The translations under genes and the position numbers were made by a program. The notes under the pieces are model-generated. The model made no database searches. It saw only the letters and a program-made list of their open reading frames with translations, and was not told the origin of the DNA. Positions 36,307-48,262 of a DNA stretch of 64,000 bases are shown here, piece by piece. Every line of letters starts with the position of its first letter. The stretch's first letter is position 1. Source of the DNA: Laetmonice hystrix (Eukaryota). The stretch is from assembly GCA_965235115.1 (NCBI GenBank), contig OZ249445.1, forward strand, positions 14,508,001-14,572,000, read 5' to 3'.

Positions 36307-36540
36307 TGCTAGATGGCACGGAATAGGGTGCTGACATCTATCGTTTTAACTCTGAACTAATATTGAGTTCCAAGTCAAAAGGATAGATGGCAGCACCCTT
36401 TTCCGTGCCATCTGGCGGGGATTATGGAACTAATCACGATTCATCGGCAGCGGTGGAACTTCGCTTCGGTTCGGCACTTCAAACGTTCATAGCGACGAAC
36501 GAAATAATGCTTATCGCGTGTCAAGAGGGAGTTACGGAGT
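36307..36540. repeat. Hairpin plus a dispersed repeat shared with 18190-18250
   Basis: ctagatggcacggaatagggtgctg pairs with cagcacccttttccgtgccatctgg. 36475-36540 is the reverse complement of 18190-18250 (gtcaagagggagtta motif). Confidence 0.55.
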
Positions 36541-36920
36541 CAAAGATTGAAATGATGATTGGATTCCCTGCAGATTCTAAGTGAATTAATTGTCAAATGA
36601 ATCGTGTCGAACGTGTGTTGTTGATAAACGCTTAGCTTTCAAGGTTTCATAAAAGTGCCGCCAGTAGGCGCTGGTGTATATTGACCGTTCCGAGAATGGG
36701 TGGCACGTTCAGTGATGTATTGTCTGTGTGTGTGTGTTGGGGGGCTCCCAAAACGACCACTCCAGGCAGAGTATAGATTTTACTACCGCATTGTGTTAGC
36801 CTAGGGAATCCACAGTGTCAACCAGATTAGGTAGGCCTATAGGTAATGAGCACGGCATTATAACTTTATCGCCTTGACCAAATTAAATCTGTGTCTTAAT
36901 AGCAGAAAGAAAACGCATCT

Positions 36921-37362
36921 CACTGGCGGATCCAGGGGGGGGGGGGGGGGTTCAGGGGGTTCGAACCCCCCCCTAAAATTTTGCAGATACACATATTTTA
37001 ACTTAAGGGGGTTCAAACATTATAATTTAGACGGTTTTTTTTTTCAGTCGCAAGATAAAAACCACCTAAAAAAATTTCATGCTATAACCAAAGTTGCTGT
37101 TGGACTTGATGAGGTCCTTTTGCCCTTGGTCACATTGGTCATTGATTAGCTTATTTTGTGCTCCAAAATGCATAGGATTGCAACAAATTGCACCTTGAAT
37201 TTCAAAATTTTCCGGGGGGGGGGCATGCCCCTGGACCCCCTAGGAAGGCTTCGCGCCTTGGGCGCTTGCAGACTGCGCGCCTTCGGCGCTCGTACAGACA
37301 CGCCTGTGTCGCCACTAAACACGTTGAACCCCCCCTAACGGAAAAAGCTGGATCCGCCCCTG
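36921..37362. mobile_element. MITE-like element with CA(G/C)..GGCGGATCCAG termini
   Basis: cactggcggatccag ... ctggatccgcccctg. Related ends occur at 31430-31574, 34260 and 48790; no clear TSD. Confidence 0.55.
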
Positions 37363-37825
37363 GATCTATAGGCTAGATCTATAGGTCCCCCTGCCTTGGC
37401 TAGCCTAGGGCCCGGTGTGGGGTATCTTCCCCCACTGGTGACCAAAAGGTACGACCTCCCTACCCCTACCACAGTAGAGGAAGCGACTACTGGCTTTTAT
37501 TCTAAGTTGAAGCAGGGTTTTGACCCGATGTCGTGTTGCGAGTTATAGATTCCTTGTCTGCATTGTGTTGCATTGTGTTCACCATTGGAGACTTAGTACA
37601 GAGTGTACTGTCTACTTGAGGATTTGCCTCACGACGAATTCGCTTACCTTAGTCTGATAGTTGCCCGGGAATTCTTAGTTACACATCTGGGTCCACCTGG
37701 GGGAGCTTTTCCTCCCTGCTTTTGTGTCAACCTGAGTAACGTGTGTTATGCTAGGTAAGTTGCCGGTTTTTCCCCTGTGCTAATAGCACGACAAAAATGG
37801 TTGTGACAAAGGCAAAAAGAAGAGA

Positions 37826-37940
37826 CTTACCTAGCATACACTTTTATGATTCGAACCGCCTCCCCACAGCTGGGTGATTTGTTAGTGACGATTTAAAGGG
37901 TAAGAGCCTCTTCCAGCTATGTTAACGAGCCCGACACGCC
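37826..37940 (-). mobile_element. Degenerate tRNA-derived SINE head
   Basis: The minus strand has an A-box-like tagctggaagag and a B box ggttcgaatc about 50 nt apart; no full cloverleaf. Confidence 0.4.
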
Positions 37941-38240
37941 AGAGGGTTCCAGATTTTTTATTTTCTGATACACTGAGAATAGTATGTACTATGAAATAAC
38001 TATGAAAATGTACTAAAGTTTGAAAGACAATATTTACCATGGAGTTCAAATTTTCTGGCTCAAGTTCACCGTTTTTGTGGTGCAGTAGACGATGTTATGG
38101 TAAGAGTTCTTTCATGATATAATAGTTGTCGAATAACAGTAAAATCACAACATTCGCGTAAAAGGTTCGTCATTGTCACGATGCAATTTAGAAAATGCCC
38201 CGTATAGTGCGGGTATAGGTGGCAGGCGCATGCTCACTGA

Positions 38241-38421
38241 AGCTGTATCCTCACTGGACGCGAGCGACGCGAGCGTTTTTTAAAAGAAGTAATGGAAATG
38301 AATGGAGCGCGTCACAAAAAATGTCGCGCGCGTCGCGCGCGGCCAGTGCAGATGGCTCCATTCATTTCCATTACTTCTAAAATAAACGCGCGCGTCGCTC
38401 GCGTCCAGTGAGGATACAGCT
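38241..38421. mobile_element. Hairpin MITE (Harbinger-like) with ~68-bp arms
   Basis: agctgtatcctcactggacgcgagcgacgcg..gaagtaatggaaatgaatggagc and its reverse complement; flanks TGA / TTA. Confidence 0.8.
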
Positions 38422-38424
38422 TTA

Positions 38425-38670
38425 AGGCCTGTACCCACTAGCGCGTTTTACCGCTGCGGTCCACGCTGAGCGACAAAACGCGCTAGTGGGTTCAGGTCTT
38501 ACGGCAAGCACCACCGCCTTCAGGAGATATGTGGACATTTCCGAATTACGTGGGAGTCCGAATTTTATCACGATGAATACAACAATGACAGCTAAAGGCC
38601 TGAACCCACTAGCGCGTTTTGTCGCTCAGCGTGGACCGCAGCGGTAAAACGCGCTAGTGGGTACAGGCCT
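38425..38670. mobile_element. Harbinger-type MITE whose two ~75-bp arms are each self-palindromic
   Basis: aggcctgtacccactagcgcgtttt..aaaacgcgctagtgggttcaggtct and its inverted copy; TTA on both outer flanks. Confidence 0.85.
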
Positions 38671-39836
38671 TTACACTTACAGGCGCATCCGCATGCGCCT
38701 AAAAGTGGGTTAATACGGTATTTGAATATTATCCTGAACGTTTCACAGAGAAAGGTCACTTATAGACAGAACTTTCTCCACTCCCCTCTTTTTTTTAGAT
38801 GAGATACCTTGCAGATTTCCGTAAGGTCGGGTGTTTTTAGGGTATTTAACACGTTGTTTGGCCACAGCTATGATATTGGTCCCAATCTGCCCCAACATGG
38901 ATTACTCACATATACCAAGTTAACATGTATACAATATAAGAAATGAGCATAAAAGGTAGCTTTCACAATGATACATGGAGGGAAAGGTAGCTATAACACC
39001 AGCAAGTCGAGTACAATGAATGTCTGCTTGAGTCATAAAGCTCCCAGAAACATTGCGCATGCATGCATGTGAGCAGGTATAAATTGGCCGTTAATGTTTC
39101 AGAGACGTTGAGTGGGGTGCCATGGATAGTGTCTCATGTAACCACTCTAACTAAGAAACCCTCCGAGACAACCCACGGCTCTGACGGTAGTCATTGAACA
39201 GGTAGATGTCCCTGCCCCATCCTGTTTGTCTTATAATCGTTTTTTAAGAAATCTAATCATTGAACATGTAAATATGTCAAAGATAAGCATTAACAGTTTC
39301 GATCCTGTCCCTCATCGTGTTCATATTATATTATTTTTTTTAAATATCAAATTTGATACATGTAAAATTTCCGAATTAATTCATTAAGTTAAGTGACAAA
39401 GTTTAGTGTGGTCAAAGCCACAAGTCCTGTAGTGTTACGACTGCTATAAAATATATATAATGTTAGACATGCATACATAAACCTCGCAAAAAAGTTTTGT
39501 TACACTTATTTCTGTTCAATTATTTCTGTTTGATGTCTTTGTATAACTACGATGTATACTGTGGTAAAGAACATGAAATTGCGGAATAAATGACAATGAC
39601 ACCTAAACGAAGCCAGTATGGTAAGAAATCATTGGACATGAGCTGCAGAAAGATGAATGTCACGTCAAATTTCACACAATTCTTGCTAAAACAGCTGTTT
39701 TACCAACCAGACAAAAGACATAAGCACAATGAGGAAAGCAGAAATCATGTTTTCACATGAAAACATTTATTCAATAACTTGTATAGCCACCACGAGCATC
39801 AAATACACCGTACACAAAGTCTACGCATGCTGTTAA

Positions 39837-39997
39837 AGCGACAGTCTCGTCCTTCAGCATTGTGCGATAGGCTTCCATCCTAACAGTCGATGTACTATTT
39901 ATAGACGTCAGCTCCTATGCTACAGCATAGGAGCTGACGTCTATAAATAGAACATCAACCGTTAGGATGGCCAATGCTGAAGGACGAGACTGTCGCT
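39837..39997. mobile_element. Foldback MITE with TTAA-like flanks (Kolobok/piggyBac-like)
   Basis: TIR agcgacagtctcgtccttcagcatt, flanks TTAA / TTGA; the centre is a perfect 27-bp-arm palindrome at 39895-39950. Confidence 0.7.
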
Positions 39998-40002
39998 TTG
40001 AA

Positions 40003-40135
40003 GCCTGAAGCCTTGAATGCCTGACAACATCGTACTTGAAGCCTGAAACCTTGAATGCCTGACAACATCGTACTTGAAGCCTTGAATGCCTGACAACATC
40101 ATACTTGAAGCCTAAAACCTTGAATGCCTGACAAC
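40003..40135. repeat. About 30-38-bp tandem repeat, 4 copies
   Basis: gaagcc(tgaaacc)ttgaatgcctgacaacatcgtactt. Confidence 0.85.
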
Positions 40136-40549
40136 ACATCCTTCGTCCTATGCCGATACCAAAAGACCAATTGCACGAGCCTGCTCCAGAAAGCCTAACC
40201 ATGATCAATGATTTTCAGCTTTTTTTCGTTTTAGCAAGAATTTTGTGAAATTTGAAAACGTGACCTTTATCTTTCTGCAGCTCATGTTAAATGATTTTTT
40301 AGCGTACTGGCTTCGTTTTGGTGTCATTTATTCCGCAATTTCGTGTTCTTTTACCACGGTATATAAATCATAGTTGTACAAAGACAAACAAAAATAATTA
40401 AACAGAAATAGGTGTAACAGAACTTTTTTTGAGAGGTTTATATACGTTGACATTTAATGTGTTTCATGTTTCAGAGACTGCGTAAGTGGGGGTATTGACA
40501 TCACACTTCAATGGCACAGGACCTCTAAGACAACTGCCATGTTCCTAGC

Positions 40550-41335
40550 AAGGTCACCACATCTCACACTGCGGTAGGGACAGGACCACCACATCTCGTA
40601 CCGCTGCCATGACAAGGTCATCACCTCCCACACTGCGGTAGGGACAGGACCACCACATCCCGTACCGCTGCCATGACAAGGTCATCACCTCCCACACTGC
40701 GGTAGGGACAGGACCACCACATCCCGTACTGCTGCCATGACAAGGTCACCACCTCCCACACTGCGGTAGGGACAGGACCACCACATCCCGTACCGCTGCC
40801 ATGACAAGGTCATCACATCCCACACTGCGGTAGGGACAGGACCACCACATCCCGTACTGCTGCCATGACAAGGTCACCACATCTCACACTGCGGTAGGGA
40901 CAGGACCACCACATCCCGTACTGCTGCCATGACAAGGTCACCACCTCCCACACTGCGGTAGGGACAGGACCACCACATCCCGTACCGCTGCCATGACAAG
41001 GTCATCACATCCCACACTGCGGTAGGGACAGGACCACCACATCCCGTACCGCTGCCATGACAAGGTCACCACATCTCACACTGCGGTAGGGACAGGACCA
41101 CCACATCCCGTACCGCTGCCATGACAAGGTCATCACCTCCCACACTGCGGTAGGGACAGGACCACCACATCCCGTACCGCTGCCATGACAAGGTCATCAC
41201 CTCCCACACTGCGGTAGGGACAGGACCACCACATCCCGTACTGCTGCCATGACAAGGTCATCACATCTCACACTGTGGTAGGGACAGGACCACCACATCC
41301 CGTACCGCTGCCATGACAAGGTCACCTCCCACACT
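40550..41335. repeat. 64-bp minisatellite, about 12 copies
   Basis: Unit cacactgcggtagggacaggaccaccacatcccgtaccgctgccatgacaaggtcatcacctcc. Confidence 0.95.
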
Positions 41336-42082
41336 GCCACCACTATAGCTTCCTGACCACTACCTCCCGTCCTATTCCCGATAATAGGAACAATATTCTG
41401 CAGTTGAAGTGTGTGAGCTTCATCATACATTCGTTTGTCCAAAAATAATAGCTATTTCATGATTTATATTTTCTACCTATGTGGACTGAACATGTTATAA
41501 TGCAACAACGAAAGACTGGTAAAAGGTCAGCATGACAGGCTGTTCATGTCGACTGTCTATTGTGATCATAATGGTTTGGTGTATCCAGAATGTTGTCTAG
41601 TTGTTGAGAGAAATTGTTTCCGAGATAGAAGTACGTATTCCTTCACGATAGGTTCTCAGCCTTGGGGTAGATACTTATTGGAAGTTTTGAAGAGATTCCC
41701 TGATGGTTAACCTAATGGAGGTTTTACACTTGGTAAAAATGAATTAAAGTATTTGTTTGAAATGTGATGCGTCTACAGAAGGGGAATCCATTCTAAGGTT
41801 CCATTTCATTTTTTCACTGCACCTATTTTCTCTATTGCTGTTCTTATATAAAATTTGGTAGCTCTTCCTCTTCTTTTATATATATAAAGTTTGTAGCTCT
41901 GTAAATATTTTTTTATTTATCTCTTTTCTACCTCTTCTTATATAAAATTTAGTACTTCTGGAAATATTTATCTATTTATCTTTTCCTCTTATATAAAATT
42001 TAGTAGCTCTGGAAATATTTATCTTTTTCTCGTGCTGGAAATATGTATCCATCTATCTCTTCCTCGTATATCTATCTCTTAA

Positions 42083-42613
42083 AGGGGCATATTATGAGGA
42101 AACGTGAAAAATCGGTATTTCAAAGAACTTTTGCTGTTTTCATCAAGAGATCCTTCATTAATATTGCTTGGTAAACAAAGACATCAGTTATCGGTTTCAT
42201 TTTGCGTGACAAATCGAAGTTTATGAAGCTCCCTTGCCCGCTTTTCTGCCGATTTCGTAAAATATTTTTTGGGTGGCATTCTGATGCCGGACAATCGAGT
42301 GCAACTGCTGAATTGTTCACAACTAAACGAAGCACGTGACTAATCACATGCAGAGAGTGCAGACGCTGGATGTGACACAGTATGCAATTACACGGGTTGA
42401 TGGGAGGTTGTCTATAGCAAATTATGGCGGGAGATGTGCTATCGGGAGAAATCTATAGGTTTGGTCGTATAGAATCTACTTATGCTGCATACGCAGCGAA
42501 AACACGTCGGAGGACAAAATGCTGTGGTAGGATTATTTACTTGGATCCCTAGTACATGATCATGTTGGATAATTGCCGGAAATCTAAAAAAACGTGTTTC
42601 ATAGCATGCCCCT
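42083..42613. mobile_element. Kolobok-like non-autonomous element (TTAA TSD)
   Basis: TTAA|aggggcat ... atgcccct|TTAA. Confidence 0.65.
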
Positions 42614-42929
42614 TTAAATATAACGCCGAAAAATTCTTCCTGTGCTATTTTTCCCCCCTTTCCCTGCCTCAGAATAAGTACCTGTGCGTACTGAAAATAC
42701 TATATGGTTGTATGGAATTATGTTTGTATGTGATCACAATATTTTGGTGTTTATATCTGGAATGTTGTAAAGGTTTTGACATAGAGTACGGTACTCTTTA
42801 CAAGTATTACAGTAAAACCAAGTAGGGAACACTTTGTGACTGACAGAAAATGTTTCCTAGAAGTACGTGTTTAGTGTTTTTACTTGATATACTTTAATGT
42901 TCGTTAGTTTTATTTTATTCAATGTTTAA

Positions 42930-43130
42930 TCCCTTTGTATTTAAAAGTATGTTATTGCAGGTTGTACTGTTTTAAAAGTATGTTAATGGAGGTTGTACTG
43001 TTTAAAATGTATGTTAATGGAGGTTCTACTGTTTTGAATGTATGTTAAACTGTTTTAAAAGTATGTTAATGGGGTTCTACTGTTTTACACGTATGTTAAA
43101 GTTAAAGGTTTTACTATTTTAAAGTATGTT
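42930..43130. repeat. Degenerate ~30-bp AT-rich tandem repeat, about 6 copies
   Basis: tttaaaagtatgttaatggaggttgtactg variants. Confidence 0.75.
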
Positions 43131-43458
43131 GCAGCAGGGGATACATTCTAATGTTTGTTAATTTTTAAAAGTTTTAAACTTGTATCTTCATTTATTCAGT
43201 GTATTTATTTATTTAATGTAATGTTCTATTTATTTATTGTAATATTCCGATGTAGTGATTTTGTAAAGTCAATTCTATGTATTCAATATGCCGTTTCCTG
43301 CCTTAAATGTTTTCGAAAAATATGCTAAGTATTTTCACGATATTCGTCCAGCGTGGACACTGGGTAATTTTAAGTTTCGAATTGTATATTGTATTTGTTG
43401 TGTGATAATAAAGATGAAATTGTTATATATATTTCTTTTATTTCTCAAAAAAAAAAAT

Positions 43459-45853
43459 GCCCCGTGACCGCGCAGTAAAAATCGAAAAGAGATAGCCTAT
43501 ATTTCAGCTTTTTTGGGGGTTCCGTTTTTCGCCACCAGGGGGCGCTCGAGCCAGCAAGGCACTGGGCAGGTGATTGGCCACTGATGACCGAGCTCACCAC
43601 CAGGGTGCGCTGATCCAGCAAGAGGCTGGCCAAGTGATCAGTCACAGAGGACCAACTCTCCACCAGGGGCACTCGACCCAGTAAGAGACTGACCAAGTGA
43701 CCTGTTCAGGCCCAGTGATCACGAGTACCCAAGTCCATGCGTACCTCAGTTCGCTCTCAAGGCCGAACCTGTACTGAAAAGGTTCAACATGCCCACTGTA
43801 TTACTAAGTACCAAATCACAGCAGAACCGCCATGTCAACCGCTGCGTCATCAAAGTACTTGGTGAAGTAGACAACTGCAAACCAGAGTGAGATCCCTACT
43901 GTATAAGTCAACAAGAATATGAGTTCACCCAACAACATTGAAATCTATGACTCCATATAATACATAACTGAAAGTATAACATTCACTTTGGTCACACAAC
44001 AGAAGTCAATGATACGGGTCAACCTTTGATGTCACAACTAGTACTGATCCCAACAGTTCAAAGTCATTCCAGGTGCTCGTGAGATTTTCACAGCGAGGAA
44101 TCTGATTGGAATGAAAACTTATAATTCGCCCCAATACCTGCCTATTTCCTTCAATAACTTAACCCTTTGCCCACCCGTGAAGACTGCAATTAAAGTTACT
44201 TCCTCCTTCCCACCCCCTCCTGACCCACTAGAAATTATCTCACCTCATCGTACAACTCCTTTCTACTCAACATTCAAATATTTCACCCAGGAACGACTCA
44301 ATTTCAAAAGGCTAATTCCTCCTTCCCATCCATGATCCGCCTGACCCCCCAGTAATTCTCTCACCACGTACACCACCTTTCTCCTCAACATTCAAATATT
44401 TCACCCGGGAACGACTCGGTGTTTAAATACTTCGGGTTGGCCGGCAGAGAGAAGCTATGTGAGCTTCAGATTGGCTCGTTCAGTGCGGTATAAATACCAG
44501 CAGACGTTCTCCCCTCCCTCCGGCGTGTTACTGTCTGCATGGACAGACGGCCCTGACCCAAGTATCTAAATTAACGGGATCATACGGAATTCTGGCAGAC
44601 ATTCGTATCATCTCAAGGACATTACTCTTGCTTGGCATTGACTCCTGCTGCTGACTGGGCGTTAAACACCAACTACTCACTCACTCATTGACTCCTGTCA
44701 CAGAATTACCAGTTATAATTACTAGTAATTATGAGTGAGGGCCTCATTCCCTTTATCGAATACTTAGACCCCAATAAAATAGGTTCCTAAGGAGAAGCAC
44801 GGACCAGCCATAATGCCCCCATCCCCTTCCTTACAGTTGGTCCGAGTTCTATTGGATCAATACAGACCTCACTCACTCCCTCCATTTTTTAGTTGGTCCC
44901 TCTACAGCACCCTCTCCAGATGAACATTTCACCCTTAAGCAAGGGTGTAGCCAGGGGGCTTTCCGGGTTGCCTGGACATCCCCCCCCCCCAAGATAATTA
45001 ATAGATAATTAAATAACTAAATACATCTAGATGATTGACTAATAGTATGGTTGGGACCCCCCCCCCCCCAATCTCACTTGGAAACACCCCCTTACCCCAG
45101 TTCTGCCTACAACCCTGTTAAGGGTCACAAAAAGGCTCTTCTCTGAACCCAGATGGAGACTACACGACCAACACTGCTTCCTCATCCCAGACCTACTTTC
45201 TAAATTACAAATGAGAGCACCCTTGGTATTAAAACCACTAAGTTCACCCTACCCTCTACCTGAAAAACTTTTCCAATTTGTGACATCAAAGGTTGACACA
45301 TAACAATGACCAATGCGTATGACAAAAGGAACGTTACACCAACAGTTACATACTACACGACTCCACAGATTTCTCTGAAGTCAGATGAACACATAAACTT
45401 GTCAACTTACACATTTGGGATCTCACTCCGGCTTGCTTGTTGTCCACAACACCTAGCATCACAATGACACAACAGCTGACATGGAAGTCTGCTGTAACTT
45501 GATACTCAGTAACACAATGGACACATTAAACCCTCCAGCACAGGTCCTGCCTTGAAAACAAACCAAGGTACACATAGAATCCGGTACTCACAACCACCGA
45601 GTCCAAGCAGGTCACACGGCCAGTCCCTCACTGGGTCGAGCGCCACCTGGTGAAGAGCGCAGTCATCCGTGACGATCACCCGGCCAGCCCCTCACCGGAT
45701 CGAGCGCCCCCTGGTGATGAGCCCGGTCATCCGTGACCAACGACCTGCCCATCCCCTTGCTGGCTCGAGCGCCCCCTGGTGGCGAAAAACGGAACTGCAA
45801 GATATTTAATATAATAGGCTATCATTTCCAATCTTACTGCATGGCCACGGGGC
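43459..45853. mobile_element. 2.4-kb foldback element with ~580-bp diverged terminal inverted repeats
   Basis: 43520-43559 is the exact reverse complement of 45755-45794. Matching blocks continue inward (gagtgagatccc/gggatctcactc; tcaacctttgatgtcaca/tgtgacatcaaaggttga). Each arm carries three ~64-bp subrepeats. Confidence 0.8.
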
Positions 45854-46999
45854 TACATTACAACAATACAGTTTGTAAATATATGCTGGGTACAGGACAA
45901 ATTGAATAGCAGTTACAACCGCATCTAAATAATGCCAAACATGCTAATTGATAAATCCTACAATTAGCTTAACTAGATCGTCGATTCCAAAATAACTTAC
46001 AACCCAGAACTGAACCAAATCAACTTTGTACAAACCGAAGTCTCAGAAACTGGCCGTTATCTCCTAACAGTGAGGCTCATTCTAACCTAACATCTCCACT
46101 GAAGAAATCTTCCTGGCCTGCTGCCGATTACTTCACCGTAACCCTGGCGGGGAGGCTGCAGTAGGTACTACCCCACATCAGACGGAAGGAGCGCACATTT
46201 CTCATTCACCCTTCCTCCACATTAAGAACCATCTCAAATATTCTAAAATTCATTAGTGACCCCAGCTCCACTGCTCGTAGGTCCTTTCTGCCCTTATTGT
46301 AAATAAATTCCTATATTACAACACCGTATATTCCTCACTTCCTCCATACCTCCCCTACCTCCATATTAGGAATACATAAATATATTCTAAAAGATATCAT
46401 AGATCATAGCTGCCTTACAGGTAGGTCCCTTCTGTCCTTAATCCCTGTACTCTAAATAAGTTTACTTTATCTTCATCTGTGTTAGTCCACATTGACAAAA
46501 CATTGAGAATCTAAAAATAGTCTAAAAGACATCATAGACCCCCACCTGTATTACCAGTGGGTCCTTTTCATTCATTATTTCAACAGGAAATCCCTACTTT
46601 ACAGTGCCTTACATAATTTTATTCCCGAGATCTTGCCCTTCAGGATATGGTCTTATAACGTTCGTTCATATAACTACAAATTACACTCAAACTCTCTACC
46701 TTGTTACATCCAGACAATGAGGGGAACACAGAGCAATGATATGGTAATAATAATGACGTTTTCTTTCTCTGCTGAGGTTTTGAAAGACCAGGTTTTCCTG
46801 TTTTGTACACAAGGTTGTATGTCTTTGTTTTTGAGAGCATGCTACAGTGTGAGACCAAGTCTAGGTCAAAACGTCGTGTACAGCCAGGAGATCAACACCA
46901 TCCCAGCCATCTACGTCTCACTCTGGAGTTTAAACTGCACCAAATCTCCCAACCCTTTCATATCAACAAAATAATTTTGATCTATGAGAATTTGAGATT

Positions 47000-47700
47000 C
47001 GTCCATTCAGGATTTCCGTGGGGAAAGCCCAAACATCTTAACTGTGTCCAAAGCAAGATGGGGAAATGAATGGTGAGGGAGCAAGGCCGAAAAACAGGGT
47101 GGGAAACCTCGTAACAGGCCCACGGAGCCGTCCGGGGTGGATTTACTATCACCTCTACATACCGACTCGCAGTCAGTCTTAACCAATCTGATCCCACAGT
47201 GTGCTGCTACCACCAACAGTGGCTCAATAGTGAAACCACGGCCCAAAACAGGAAATCCATAATAAAACCAATTGCAAAACAGCCTTTTTTCAGGTAGACC
47301 GACTTGTGTAAATCTTTGCCACCATGCCTGAAACCTAAACATCACTCCAACATTTCCCCCTACTGAAAGCATGATTATTATTTCATAATTGGTTCATTTG
47401 CCATTGGTCTGCTTGAGGCTGGCCAAAGCAGAATAAACGTAGCTTTGTTTTGTTTTGACACTAAAAATGCGTTAAATGTGAATATTCCGTAGTATATTGA
47501 AAGTTATTTGTGCAGGACATTTGTTCATACAAAGTAACCCACAGTCTTCACCTTGAATGCAGTCGTAACATTGTTTCAATAAATGGTCTGCTGATTTTCT
47601 GGCGTCTCTTGATTTTAGTATTATTTTATCACTACTGCCACATGTTGGCCAGTTCATGGGAACAGAATTTAAATGTTCCAAAGATTATTTAGCTTTCTTC
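47000..47700 (-). mobile_element. Possible decayed L1/Tx1 ORF2 C-terminal fragment
   Basis: Weak: VGGNVG.MF.FQAWW and LNSVPMNW resemble the post-RT motifs of Tx1/L1 ORF2; many stops. Confidence 0.3.
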
Positions 47701-48204
47701 TTTCAGATGTCATTCGCCATTCACTGTTGAGAGCACTCCCACATGACACACGGAATTCTGAATGTCACAGTCGGTGAATCGTTGTTTCCACGTATGTCTG
47801 CCTTTTTGGGGTCCAGAAGATGTTTTCTCTCAGACTTAATCATCAGGTTGACCTTTAACAACGAGAAAAAAATACACATGATTTAGAGTATGAAGAGAAC
47901 TAATCAACAACATTTGGAATCCATTAAGAGAGAAAAATTTAAAAGAGATATCACAAATATAGTTTTGAAGTTACTCAATATGTCCGCATAAACAGATCAT
48001 GACGTGACGCCCTTTACTCTATATTTAAGAGAGGGCCTTCTAAATGACAGGGAGTAAGGTCTCCTCATGTAAAATATCAATAAACATTTTTTTTAAACCA
48101 GGAACATACCATAAATCGTGAACAAGAAGTAAAATGCCACTGGACCCAGAAACTATTTTACTGTCAGCCTTTGCAACAGCCTTGATTATAAGGAGGTCAG
48201 TTTT

Positions 48205-48262
48205 ACTGGAGGAAGTCAGGGGAAAACCACCGACCTTACGGCAAGTAACCGACAAACCTTGT
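48205..48262 (-). mobile_element. SINE core fragment
   Basis: ggaaaaccaccgacctt..ggcaagtaaccgacaaac resembles, from memory, the reverse complement of a conserved molluscan SINE central domain. Confidence 0.4.

Noticed and set aside
37848-37920. tRNA gene
   Set aside because: Only A/B boxes; no acceptor or anticodon stems, so treated as a SINE head.
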